From Setoptus koraiensis (lineage: Eukaryota > Animalia > Arthropoda), in NCBI GenBank assembly GCA_048013815.1, contig CM106585.1:23312001-23376000 (forward strand): a stretch of DNA of 64,000 bases, given 5' to 3'. Position 1 is the stretch's first letter; each line of letters starts with the position of its first letter. The translations under genes were made by a program, and so were the position numbers. Positions 24,920 through 37,639 of this stretch are shown piece after piece. The notes under the pieces were generated by a model. It searched no databases, was not told where the DNA came from, and saw nothing but the letters and a program-made list of their open reading frames with translations.

Positions 24920-24926
24920 TATAAAT
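24920..24926 (+). promoter_or_regulatory. Putative TATA box of the cathepsin gene
   Basis: TATAAAT 108 nt upstream of the ATG at 25028. Confidence 0.35.
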
Positions 24927-25027
24927 ATAAGCTGTGATAGTTTATCAAGTTTTTTTCAACAAGTTATTACGACAAGAGTTGACACGCCAATTAACAAGAC
25001 GCATTAAAATCAAAAAAATAAACCATA

Positions 25028-26701
25028 ATGGGGCACCTGATTGGTCTGTCGATATTGGTATTGAGTGTTTTGGGTTGTTGTCTATGTGACCTAAGAGCAA
25101 ACAGGATCAATGAAGGAAAGAATGTCGTCCGTTTTGTAAAGGATTTCATGAGAGTGCGACAACAGGTAGAAGATGAAAAAAATCTAGATTCCCTTGTGTT
25201 GGCCAGTCTAGATAGCAACGAAACTGAGATCAAATTCAAGAGATTCATTGACGAACATAAATCTTTCATTTACAATAGAATAAGTGATCATGAATATGAG
25301 CTAAGGAAGGCAATATTTGCTCGAAATTTACTCAAAATTGATTTGCTCAATCATCTCGAACAAGGCTCAGCAGTTTATGATGTCAATGAATTCGCTGATT
25401 TGGATGATCGCGAATTCATCAAACATAAATTGGGCTATAAACAATCATTGAAGAGAGAAATGTTGGTGATGGATTTCAAAACACTATGGGAAGAGCTGTT
25501 GGCAGAAGAGGGCAAAACTGAAGATCAACTATTCCTTGACGCCCCAGACAGCTTTGATTGGCGCAAGAAAAAAGGAGTTGTTAGCTCAGTGAAGAATCAA
25601 GGTAATTCTCATAATTATTATTCATTGATTTCTTGAAATTTGTCTCTATTATTCATTATTGACTATATTGGTATATTTGGTATATTTATATTTTTAACTA
25701 TTTGTTTCAATTATTCATTTAATTGATTTTGCGCAATCATAGGCATGTGTGGTTCGTGTTGGGCTTTCTCGACAACTGGAAACATTGAAGGACAGTTGAA
25801 AATTAAAAAGAATGTAACAGTTTCACTATCGGAAGAAGGTAAAACTAACAAAAATAACCAACAAATTGCTCAAACAGCATTCTATTGATCTAAGTTGATC
25901 AACTAGTGAGGAAAGACAAATTATCTAATTAACAAGTATTGATTTTGATTGATTATCGATTGGCTCAACAGAACTTGTCGATTGTGATACCGACGATGCC
26001 GGATGCAACGGAGGTCTACCACAGCAAGCGTTCCAAGCGGTTATCAAGTTGGGTAAGTTGTTACATTGAGATTGCTGATTAACTATGCTAATGCTCTGAT
26101 GGATATATTTAACTAGTACCAGTAGTATCAATCAAATAGACCGTAAAATTAGTGCTAGTAACGAGATGCTATTTCGTGCTCGTCAATAGCGATTGTTTTC
26201 ATATAAATCAAACCAGATTCTAATCTCAGCATCTCCATTGGTTCGATAATCTAATATTGGTGGCTATCTATTATAGGTGGCCTTGAGACAGAGAAGGACT
26301 ATCCATACGATCCTAAGAATTCCAAGAAAGGTTGCAAGATGCTCAATAAGTTCAAAAAATATAGTATAACATCTTTCACTAATCTACCCCATGATGAGGA
26401 AAAACTGAAAGTTTGGCTCTACAAGAGAGGTCCAATAGCGATTGGTGTGAATGCCTATGCTATGCAATGGTACCGTCATGGTGTTTCTCATCCATGGAAA
26501 TTCTTATGTAATCCAAGCCAATTGGATCATGCTGTGCTCTTGGTTGGTTACGGAGTGGAACAAAGTAAAAAAGGTCCAAAACCTTACTGGTTGATCAAGA
26601 ACAGTTGGGGCAGCTCTTGGGGCGAACAAGGCTATTATAGATTGTTCAGGGGTAAAAATGTTTGTGGTGTTGCAGAAGATTGTTCGTCTGCTATAATTTA
26701 A
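25028..26701 (+). CDS. CtsF: Cathepsin F-like papain-family (C1A) cysteine protease, 391 aa
   Basis: Exons 25028-25601, 25743-25838, 25972-26052, 26277-26701 (1176 nt, in frame). Signal peptide, I29 propeptide ([13 protein letters not shown]), [17 protein letters not shown] (catalytic Cys), [10 protein letters not shown] (His) and KNSWG (Asn). HPWKFLCNP resembles the cathepsin F subgroup. The subgroup call is less certain than the family call. Confidence 0.88.
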
Positions 26702-29700
26702 AACTAGACATTGAAATGATGATAATAAACACCCGAATTCGGTCGAGTTGTTAATCAACCAATAGCAACAAATTAGCGAGATAATTGGATCATAAGTGGA
26801 ATGCCTTCACTGTCTATTCGATTGTGTGCAACGATTCTTATTAAACAATTCTTCTGACAAGAATTTTGAACCATGTAGAACTCTAAATAATCTATCGGAG
26901 AGTTGGCTGGTCTATGTCATCTGTTGACTTGTCCAGTTGGTGAGACTAAATTTGGCAAAAGGAATAAACAAACACAGTTAGATGATAAGAAAGGAGAGAA
27001 TGTTGCCATTGCTCTTTCGGGTGACCAGCTATTACACAGACAATATCCTCGCAGAATCGTTTTGCTGTTTGTCGAGTGTTCCAGTCAACAATTGACTCTC
27101 ATAATTATCAAAATTATCATTTGTGCAAATTCTTTTCATGCGATTCATAGTGTTGTCCCTGAGTGTCGTAAGAGAGGGGCCTGAAATGACTCACAAGTGC
27201 AAGAGATTCTCTTTTCATAGCCTCGCTAATTACACTTGGACACTTTTTGATTCTTGCTCTCTCAAGGTGTTATGAGCTGGTTATTGTTGTTGCTTCTCTA
27301 CGACAAGTTGTATGATTGGAATAAAGACTAAGAGAGAAAAAAGAAAGTGAAAATTGCCAAGATCAGATGATATCTGCTGTCATGTCATATCATTTCATAT
27401 CATCTCAACAAGATAATGACACACACAAACACACTGGTGATTCGCAATTGAAATAAAAGTGTGAGAGAATCAAAATAAGAGAAACAGGATGAGATATAAA
27501 CATTTTTTTTCAAATTTTCTCTAATCATTCCTAATCCATCAATCAATCATCGTTTAAGCAAATGTTTTATTCTTTCTGGATAATATTGCATTTCGGTAAA
27601 CATTTGATATTGATCACGGAATAACCTTGTGCTGTGTTTTTTCATTGCGTTGAGGCCTAAACTCTTGGCATTGTGAGAAGAAGAAGACGAAGAAAAACTG
27701 ACAACTATTCACACAATTGCTACCACAAATTAGTCTCATTACACAAACAGATTAACTGACATATTGACTGTAATAATGAGCGAGTAATAATATTTGGCCA
27801 GCTACATTAGCCACAATCAGACAAACAGTGACCGAGACAAACCGCTGAGAAGTAGCAACAAAAAGAAAAAGGAAAGCCAACTCTTGTTTGTTTGTTAGTG
27901 TTTGTATTTAGATAGAAGCTCATTTCGTGTATAACTAATATGCAATAATACGAGCAAGCAACTTGTTCGGTTATTCTGTCCAACTGACACATCCCATGCA
28001 TGTGTATCATTCATTGCGATCGCCTTAGATATTGTCAATCAATTCTTGCTGTGTGACCATGGTTAATTGATGACATATGATAATACGTTGTAGATTGTTC
28101 TAACAGGACAGTATAACCGTTCAGCTACGAATTCAAACAAATCTAGATAGTCGATAATCTATCAAGTGCGCGAACCAACGAAATAGACGCATTCTTAATT
28201 GGCAAAATACTTCTTTTTTCCTCCACTTCTTCTGCTTCTCCTGCCTCCTGCGCCTCTTCTGCTTCGTTGCTCATCATTGCTCGCAACGATGATGGATGAA
28301 CACACATGATCTGATAGATCTCGCTGATCTTGATAGAAAGTAAAAATTGTGAAAACCAAAACGATAGCTAGAAAAGAGATAAAAAATAACTGGTTCACAT
28401 AATCTCATATATCATCTCTGGCTTGTGTTTTGCAAGTTCAATCCCGACATGATTTCAATCAATCTTATTTGCTTAAAGTATCTTCTCTTCTTAACGTATC
28501 TGGTCAAGTCTCATTGGTTCAAGTTTACGTGGCTCGTTGGTCTTGGCCATATTGTTTTTTCGTTCGTTTCTCCTTCTCTCATCTCACTCTTTTGTTTTGT
28601 GCCGGGTTTCTCACAGCCTGTCACACTGTTTGTCTTTGTTCAACTTTTGTTTTAAACACCGGACGCTATTCGCCGAGAAACGATGTGTGTTATTACAAAT
28701 ATATTTTATCTTTGGTCATTTCGTCATTCGAATCATCATTAGATGGCCGTAAGGACCAATTAGTGGTTTGGTATGTCGCATGAGTGAGTGTTTATCCACC
28801 GAATAGAACACAGAGGCCTCGCAATGCCGACAAGATCGCCAACCACAGCCGATTGGTTTAGAGTGCAGATAATAGATGAGATAGTGAAACGATCGCACGC
28901 AATATAATGGAAAATTCTTTTCTTTTTCTTGGTCATCCTATTCTCTTATCTTTTATCTCTTGTTTGTTGTTTATAATGTTCACCATTTTCGATGGTTTGT
29001 ACTGTATTGGTACAAGCTTAGATTTCGCTGGCTAGTTAACAATAAATAATGGCGCGCTCTTGTCATTCAACACAACCTCCCGACTAACCAATCTCATATG
29101 ATCTAATAGCAATCTGTAGCCCACAACAAATCGAGCTTGTTAACTGGCTAAACAAGCCCAACTGTGACGCCTTGATTTGCCTATGATTAGATCTAAGTAA
29201 TCAAGCAAACCGACTCATCTAAATCTGTTGTCTCTTATCAATTGTCGGCAATCAGTCCGCTGACATTACCCCCTAACTGACAATAGTAGACAAACTATAT
29301 CATCGAGCCAACAAAATCCAACGCTCGCGTAAATCACACGCTGACCTTTCATTTTTATCGGGATTGATCTGTTTCAGTTAGTGACCAGCTCATGTCATCT
29401 TAATTGACCAATGTGAACACACATCTTATTAGATCTTATTAGATGGTCATTTGTGTTCAACGTAAACAATTGAACCGAACAATGCAACTAATGAGAGAGT
29501 CGATTATCTGGTTAAATGTGACACTAACGTGCTTCTAATTGAGTTTAGCCAGACAAAAGACACAAGTGACAATTAGTGAGAACAAACAAGTTTTCATCTG
29601 AATGGCCACTGTCAAACATCTAATCAGGTGATCTAATGAAAACATTACGTGGATGTTGTATCAAATAATTAGCAGAGCGTATGCTATTGTTGTCGTTGTC

Positions 29701-32108
29701 GTTGTGACCTCTAACAAAAGACAGATTGTCAGGCGATGAGCTGATGAGATAACTGAAATATTTCTAGAGACAACAATGAGGAATAGAAAAAGGATTGACT
29801 CAACTTAGATCAGCAAACAGTGTTACAAGCAAAAAGTTGGCTTATAAATTAATTAATGTTGCATTCTTTTCTGTCGATTTGCTGTTGCAAAACTCGAGCA
29901 AGCCATTACATTCTTGTAACAGCAAATAAAATACTGATAAAATATATCAAAATTGGCTCGATAGTTGCAGTAGCTCAATTGTATGAATTGTGCGAATGAT
30001 TCGCGGAGAACGTGCCGCATCGATGAAAAATATCCATATTATCCATGTGAGAATAGTTGTTGAAGATATTATTTTACATTGGTTGCGCACATTTACAAAT
30101 GTTGCACGTACACACCATGGACATTAGACAGTGCAGAATGGCCCCAATTGAATTGTTTTATGCATCCGTTATACTGTTTGTGTCCGTTTGGAACTAGTAG
30201 TTTGTTTGATTGTTTTACATTGCATCGTTGCCAGAAGTAACGATGTTACACTTACCATATGAGCAGTAGTCATGTAATGCGGTCAATGGGGACCATATTT
30301 GCCATGGAGCTTACAGTTTGCGAAAAACAAAAGTAAGCCAATTATGGCCGATATTACGATCATATGATATCAGTGATTACGTATGATGGCAAGTATCAGT
30401 CATCTAACCTAATTTAAACAAAACAAACATTATAATGTTTGTTATTGTTATTCAAAGATTAACATTGTTTGATCAAGCACAAGTCACACTTTGGGTGAAA
30501 ACCGAAAAGATAGTTACTCTGGTGTTTGGCTGTTTGATTTGGGTCTTTTTGCCAGAGTGTTTGCTCTAGCACCATTACACTGTATTAGCGTTTCCCCGAT
30601 TGTAGTATTTGTATTTACTCTCACTTAGAATGGTTTCGAAGCTAATGTTACGCGATAAAGCAAACAATTCCAGTTGCAACGGACTGTCTGATTTTATCTC
30701 TGACAGGCCCATTGACTGACTAACTGACCGACTTATGTCAGTTTATCCATTGACCACAAGCACACCATTCAGCGTCCTGAGCGGCCTATAGCTCCAATAG
30801 TTTGCACGTGCAAGTTATTTGTTGAGTCACGTGTCCGTTGGTGAGCGTGGGTCATGCAAGCAGTGCAATAGTAAATTTGCTTTTAATACTTTTGCACAAT
30901 TGAGTTATTGTTTGTATTGATGGATACACAGACAGTGGTAAGGACAAATTTCGATGGCTCAATCAGCTCATTTGTCTAGTCTATCCAGTCAATCTTGACA
31001 ATTGGCTGCAAATGCAAAATGTGAAATAAAATTCATATGCAGTCTAAATAAATATTGAATATTCCATTCCAAAATGCGCACTGGATGGCGAAGTTGCGCT
31101 GTGCTAGTGCCAAATTGCTTTACAACTCACAATCTTGACAGTAGTTTGCTTGTAGCCAACAAGTCACTGGTCGGCAGTGAGAAGACAATGGATAGTCAGC
31201 AACAACACGCCAGACAACAGACTCGTCGGCACGACAGAAAACTGATATTACAAAATTGATATCTGCTCATATAATATGCAAATTTATATTTATAATAATA
31301 TATTGGCTGGCTGGTTGCAGTGAGATGTGAGATGTTGTTGTTGTCGTTATAGGACAACTTATCACACTGAAGTGCTGATGCGCCCCTGATGAACAAACGC
31401 TCTGCATAAGTGATGTATGTGCTATATGATATGTGATAATAAGCGCGTGTTTGTGACTATTATAGGACAGATGATTACGTCATAGTGTACATATAGTGTG
31501 ATTCAATTTGTGCGCGTGTTGAGTGTGTGTGTGTGTGACAAGGTTGCATCGATGGCGCGCACACTGAGCCAAGCTGGCCAATAGAGCAATTGCTTGCATT
31601 TGCACTGGCTGCTATTGTCGCTATTCGCCGCTTGCTACTGTCGCACTGTCACTGTGTGTTACGTAACCAAAGAAAATGAATTCTCTCTTTTGGCAACCAT
31701 CAACGTCGCTTATTTCAAGCAACGTTCAAGCTCAGCCAGTTGCGTAAGAATTGGCCTAGCACGCGCGACACATATGGTGATATATGATGTGCGACACAAC
31801 AATGGCAACACTGGCAACACTGGCAACATTGGCCAATGGTAGCGATGCCAACAAACAAGTCATCGTTAACTGTTCGATGAAACTAACAAAACTAGCTAAA
31901 CTCAAATGTTGCAATACGCTCGATGGGGCCCGTTATAATTCCGTTATAATTCCCTTATAATATGCATAACTGTGCGCATCGCAACAACGCAATTGTGCCA
32001 GCAATCAATGGGCAACAACAGCGTATCAACAGTGACTGTCGTCACCAGGTGATTGATTTGCACCAGACCGCTCTGTGCCACACAGTCTATGCTGCCACTA
32101 ATTAGCCA

Positions 32109-32228
32109 GCACCCTTCGGCACTATTTAGCACCTCGAAGCACCATAAAGCACCACATCGCACCACATAGCACCACATAGCACCACATAGCACCACATTGC
32201 ACCACATCGCACCACATTGCACCATGAA
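32109..32228. repeat. 10-bp minisatellite (GCACCACATH)
   Basis: Seven near-exact units at 32149-32218, flanked by degenerate units that keep the 10-bp phase. Confidence 0.9.
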
Positions 32229-34380
32229 GCAGCACGGATTTGTGAGCGATGCTCACGCTTTGGGCGCAGAGATTATGCAATTGATAGTTGCGAAGGCCCA
32301 AAGTGCCCCGAATAAAGACAATATGAGCTCACTGTAAGATTATGAGATCCTGCGGCGATCTTGAGCCGAGCTCGAGATGTTGCACACGCGATACAAGCAT
32401 GTCCATACATTGACCAGTGTCTTGTCGGACGCGTCGCCAACGCTGCACGAGGTGCCACATAATATCTGCACGATGGCTCGTCATTGAGCTCACCATTTTG
32501 CGTCATTTTGTGTCATTTTGGGCCCCCGTTTGCGCTTACATTGGGCGCTATCCGATGTGCGTTGGTTGTGTTGCGACGATGATACCATTAATTCTCGACT
32601 TGTTTTATAGGACAGATAGTGTAGATGGTTTGTGGGGCACACAGTTTATAGTTTGTTTAGTGTTGGCGTGTCGTAGGCGCACTGGGGCCCCAACTCTGGG
32701 CGCAGTTAGCACACCACAGATTTAGACTTGTCTGTAAATCTGTGCAAGTGCCCCTAAAGTTGCATCAGACAGACAAATTTGACTCAACTCGAACCGGTCG
32801 CATTGTTGAGACTGGCAGCTCGTTGTTGTGCCACCCTCGCCATTGTTGTCTGTCGTTTGAAGAGTTTGCAGGGGCCCGACGTTCGCGGAGGCCAACGTTC
32901 GCAGAGGCCCAACATTCGTAGAGGCGCAAACGGCTGAAAGAGGCGTCAGTGCTCCTGTTCGGGACAGGGGAAGAGATTCTCTTGAATTGATATTCGCTGG
33001 TTGTTGCGCGAATCGCCAGTTTGAGCAACTTCGATGCCAGCGTTTTTGTGCCAGCGCCGCGCACTCGGTGTGGCTGCTGATCTATTATTATTATATTAAT
33101 ATGAGCAGCTTATGATATGAACAATTTTGAGCAGATTAACTTGACTTTGAGCAGGCCAATTTCGTGCTCTCATTGTCAGTGTTTTTGGGGGGTGCGCTTG
33201 TCCATTAGTCTGGCCCAATGTTAACCCATCAAGTGGCGAACAAGTGCAGCCAGCGAGGCTACAAGTGAGGCCAGAAAATAGCGAGTGCACAGTCAGTGAA
33301 ATACCTATGTTGCACCTGTACTGCCGACACGTGCAACATGGGCACGCAGTTGCACAGATGTATTATGTGCGGATATATAGAGGCACAAGAATATAGAAAA
33401 GGTTGGCTGGAAAATGGCGCCAAAAAGGTGAGAAGGCGAGAAAGTCATAAAGCGAGCGAGCGAGCAAGCAAATTGCACGATAACAACTGACAACGATGTG
33501 TGAAATGATGATGATATTAGTTGTGTTGACTCTTAACGAGCGCCCATTGTGAGATATTGCGCCAACGAAGTCGCGACGAGTGCGCCCACAAGTTACGCAA
33601 TATCGACTTAACGGGATATGAGTAGTTTGCAAGTGCGCCGCTAGGACGACGCTGCAACAACAATTTAACGCGCTATCACTTTGTTGGGTGCCATTATTGA
33701 TAGGCGATTAATATTAAATATTACGCGCGTATATTATTATATATTCAGCTTTATACGCGGCGCATACAGCCTACAGCCTACAATATTAGTGTTGCGATTA
33801 CGTTTGAATTCGTCTGGTTTCGTCGAGTTGCAACTCGACTCGATGATCATCATGATGATGATGATGATCATCATCATCATCATCTCAATACAAGTGCACC
33901 GATTCAATTCAATCCAACGCGATCCGATCCTGTTTGAGCACAACACAGTGACGTAATGCGTCGGATTAAACGTGGCACGTACAAGTCAACATTGTTGCCG
34001 CTGTTTGCCAAATCTCGGCCCGCAACGAAAACAACGCAACAGAGCAACAGAGAGAGACTTACAAGTTACTGTACAAGTTATAACTCTTATGTAATAACTG
34101 CTGCCGCCGCTCATAACTGTTGTGTAATAACTGCTGTGTTGCTCATCTGTTTCAGATTGTCAATTGATCCAATTGGCATTGGGCGCCACTCTCGGCCAGG
34201 ATTTACATCTCAAACGGAAGTGTCGGCTCAGTGCTGCTATCGCGGCGCCAGTGACTCTGCTGCGACACACATTGGTGACATCACACACTGCGATATGTAA
34301 ACTTGCGCGTCAAGAATAAACAGTCAACTTTGGGCCCCTTGTTTGCGCCATTTTGCTGTGCGATACCGCGCTATATGGTG

Positions 34381-34440
34381 CGACATTGTGCGACATTGTG
34401 CGACATTGTGCGACATTGTGCGATATTGTGCGACATTGTT
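34381..34440. repeat. 10-bp minisatellite (CGACATTGTG) x6
   Basis: Six tandem units, read directly from the sequence. Confidence 0.95.
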
Positions 34441-34715
34441 GTGCGATATGGTCAATGCTGGCGCTAAACGGGGCCCCGAGTTGCAGCCAACTCGGTTCTA
34501 TACCGCGCGTGCCAAGTTGAGCACGTTATGTAACACACAAGCATTGAATTATAACGCATTGAATGATGACGTATTGAAGTGTGCGATTGAGTTGTACCCG
34601 AGTGTCAAAGTCAGTTACGTGGGCCCGTTACTTGTGTTTCGATTGAGCCGTTTGGCATTGAGCCATATGATTGAGTTTGGCATTGGGTTGACACTGGGTT
34701 GGCATTGGGTTGGCA

Positions 34716-34763
34716 TTGAGTTTGGCGTTGAGTTTGGCGTTGAGTTTGGCGTTGAGTTTGGCA
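34716..34763. repeat. 12-bp minisatellite (TTGAGTTTGGCR) x4
   Basis: Four tandem units preceded by related TTGGGTTGGCA units. Confidence 0.9.
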
Positions 34764-35070
34764 TTGAGTCGGATCGGATTGAGTGAGCTGACATTAGATG
34801 AGATGACACCAGACGAGATGAGTGGAGCGGAGCGGAGTGAGCCGTCATCATTAGCGGCGTGACTAATCCGATGACTGGCGCCCATTGACAGGCCATATCT
34901 CAGGCGAGTGACAACTGGTGCACATTCATGCAATTGTGCCCCAATCGCCTTCGTTGGCGTTCGCATTTGGATTGAATTTTTCAATGATCAACACAAAAAA
35001 GCGTCAGTGATTTGTCACATTGCTGACACCAGCGTGTTTCAAGTGCTCGCCCATCGGCCGCCGAACCATC

Positions 35071-35136
35071 CAAACCAGACCGAACCAGACCGAACCAGAC
35101 CGAACCAGACCGAACCAGACCGAACCAGACCGAACC
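35071..35136. repeat. 10-bp minisatellite (CGAACCAGAC)
   Basis: Five exact units at 35081-35130 plus degenerate flanking units. Confidence 0.95.
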
Positions 35137-36034
35137 CACCAAACAGCTGACCAGTGGACAATAACAATTAAACGGGCCCGTCGAACAACGAGCCAGACAA
35201 CGTGCCCAACAAAACAGGGGCCAATTGCAGACGAATTGGATCGCGAATTGTGGCGCGCAATTTGGCCGCAATTTGGCCCGATGCGAGTCATTGCTGCATT
35301 ACGTAGCGCGTGAATCGGCAACATTGTTCACAAAACTGCATCTCGTGATACAACGTCGCTGGTGCTCAAGAAAATCCCCCCTTAATCCCGCTGATTTCAG
35401 TGCTGGTTTCGGTGCTGTTTCAATGCTGGTTTCAGTGCCAAATTCAGTGCTGTTCACGGCTGTTTCAACGCCGTTTTTGTTGCAATGATGCGCGTGCAAG
35501 CGAACGCGAACAAATGCGACAAGTGCAACGGATTAGCGCAACGCACTCGGTAATCCCTTCCACTTGTTTGCATGCTCATCGTGCCAGTTGCGTCATCTCA
35601 AGTTGATTCATGACAAGTGACAAGCTCCCGTTTTATACTTTGTTGCGCAACCTTGCATTGTCTTAATGTCTTGTCTGTGTAACTGGCCGCTGTAACTGGC
35701 GACAAAACTGTCAACTGGTGCCATATGACGCATAGAGCGAGCACAAAGCGACAAATATTATTTATACCGTTATACGGTTATGCACGCGCCATCACAACAT
35801 TAAACAACCTTTATTGACGTTATTAATTATTTGACACATCTAACAGTCTCAATGTGTTCTCAATGAGCACTTGACTTGACACAGCAGCACGTGGCAACGG
35901 TTCAATGGCCATTATTGTTGATGACGCAACACTTGACACACAACGCGCCATCAAAATGCGCTGGCACTGCAAAACGCGAGCGTCACACTTGCTTGGCGTA
36001 ATTGTCATATAACTGCACTAATTTATACACTGCT

Positions 36035-36066
<32 letters not shown>

Positions 36067-36532
36067 TTCATACAAACTGCTGACCGACACAAACGAAACT
36101 GATGCGCGCCCCATGGTGGCCACTCATCAACACTTTATAACATAAAGTGTTACAACTACACAATTGGTGGGCGCCCAGCGCGAAATATTGTCAAGTCACC
36201 ATAATGGCGTCGTGGCTAAATTGCTAATGGCGAGCAATTAGCGACAATTAACGGCTAATTACGTAAGCCGACTGGTGTGAGCTGGACAGCGCACCTATAT
36301 CGCTTCATCGGTGTGTCGCCAATGAGCTTGTGGCGTGCCATATGAGACCGTTTGAGTCACATAGAGGCAACACAAATTGAAAGCGAACAACAAAATAAAT
36401 TGAAAGCGAGCAACAGCATAAATTGAGAGCGAGCAGCAACATAAATTGTGTTTGTTTGTGTTTATTTATTTACATACATACAGGGCGAAATGGGCGCACG
36501 GACTTGGCCGTTGGTTGGCCGTGATCAAGCGA

Positions 36533-37639
36533 TCAATTTAGACGCGTCTTGATTGACGTATGATTGATGCACATCAATACGTTTTCGTTGAAACTTTCCT
36601 CTATTACATCATCGGACACATCTATGGATTGTGGTGCAATGATGCTCTCACATTGCATTAGGTGATTCTTTAAATTCAACAATAATGTGCTTTCGTGTTG
36701 TTCACTAGTGTTCACAGTGTTTTCTCCTGTCAATGGCACACAATTGACCTGATGTGATTGGCCATTGAAATTGCTCGCTCTCAGCTGCTGCTGCTGTTGA
36801 TAGCCGTTGTTGTTGTCGGCTGCAGCAACCAAATTAGTGAAACAATTATGTTGTTGCTCATTAATTAAAATTGTTGTACTATCGTGTTTATAATCTATCA
36901 TGTTGTATTCATTGTGTGTATTACTATTGAGTTTTAGGTTATTTGACGACATTGTCATGGTGTGTTTGTAGTCGACGACACTGTTGTGACAATTTGTGAT
37001 TTGTTGCACATTTGTCGATGCTGTTGTTGCTGTTGTTGTTGCTGCTGCTACTGGTGCTTGCTTGATGCTGCTTGCAGCACAATCATTCGATACGGTTACC
37101 TTGAACTTATTTGCATACTCTTCGTTAACGACTAAACGATTCATGAATTGAATGTACATTATGGCCAATTTTAATGTTTCAATGCGCGACAAACGTTTCT
37201 CGTATGCAAATGAGGGCACCTTCTTTCTGAGACGATCGAACGCCTTGTTCAGGTTGAACATTCGTCGTCGCTCTCTTATGTTGGCTGCTCTCCTTTGGGC
37301 CACCGTTGCCACTCTTCTTCTTGGCTTAGACACTTTTTTTGCCTTTTGTGTCGCTGGTGTCTGCATCTCTGATGCATCGTCCGTTTGCATGCTCACCGTT
37401 TGCATCGTATCATTATCCATTTGTTTGCCGGCATAGGGCACGAGCTCGGCGTTTGTCGGGCTAATTGTTGTGGCCATTGTAGTTGTTGGCGGTGTCATTG
37501 GCGTCTCTATCTTGATTGGAGCCAACGAGGGCGCTGCATAATTGCTGCACCAATTAGCATCATCACTTAATTCGCTCCGTTGATAGTAGTAGTGGTGATT
37601 GGGACCGTTGTGCATGTTTTGCTCTTGGAAGCTCGCCAT
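36533..37639 (-). CDS. Fer3: bHLH transcription factor 48-related 3 (Fer3 / FERD3L / Nato3), ~368 aa, apparently intronless
   Basis: b[63 protein letters not shown]. The MFNLN and [13 protein letters not shown] motifs distinguish the Fer3 subfamily from PTF1A/Fer1. The ORF track starts at a TTG (37690) that follows an in-frame stop; the first ATG is at 37639. Confidence 0.93.
   Translation of the reverse strand: MASFQEQNMHNGPNHHYYYQRSELSDDANWCSNYAAPSLAPIKIETPMTPPTTTMATTISPTNAELVPYAGKQMDNDTMQTVSMQTDDASEMQTPATQKAKKVSKPRRRVATVAQRRAANIRERRRMFNLNKAFDRLRKKVPSFAYEKRLSRIETLKLAIMYIQFMNRLVVNEEYANKFKVTVSNDCAASSIKQAPVAAATTTATTASTNVQQITNCHNSVVDYKHTMTMSSNNLKLNSNTHNEYNMIDYKHDSTTILINEQQHNCFTNLVAAADNNNGYQQQQQLRASNFNGQSHQVNCVPLTGENTVNTSEQHESTLLLNLKNHLMQCESIIAPQSIDVSDDVIEESFNENVLMCINHTSIKTRLN

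Noticed and set aside
28195-28398. Short minus-strand ORF with a hydrophobic start and an RG/K-rich tail
   Set aside because: It starts at GTG, and the basic tail comes from a purine-rich simple repeat that reads equally well as Glu/Ala-rich in another frame.
30515-30590. miR-29/285 seed match TAGCACCATT
   Set aside because: Only 10 nt match and no proper hairpin forms.
32109-35136. CRISPR-like arrays
   Set aside because: The units are contiguous 10-12-bp tandem repeats without unique spacers, in eukaryotic DNA with no cas genes.
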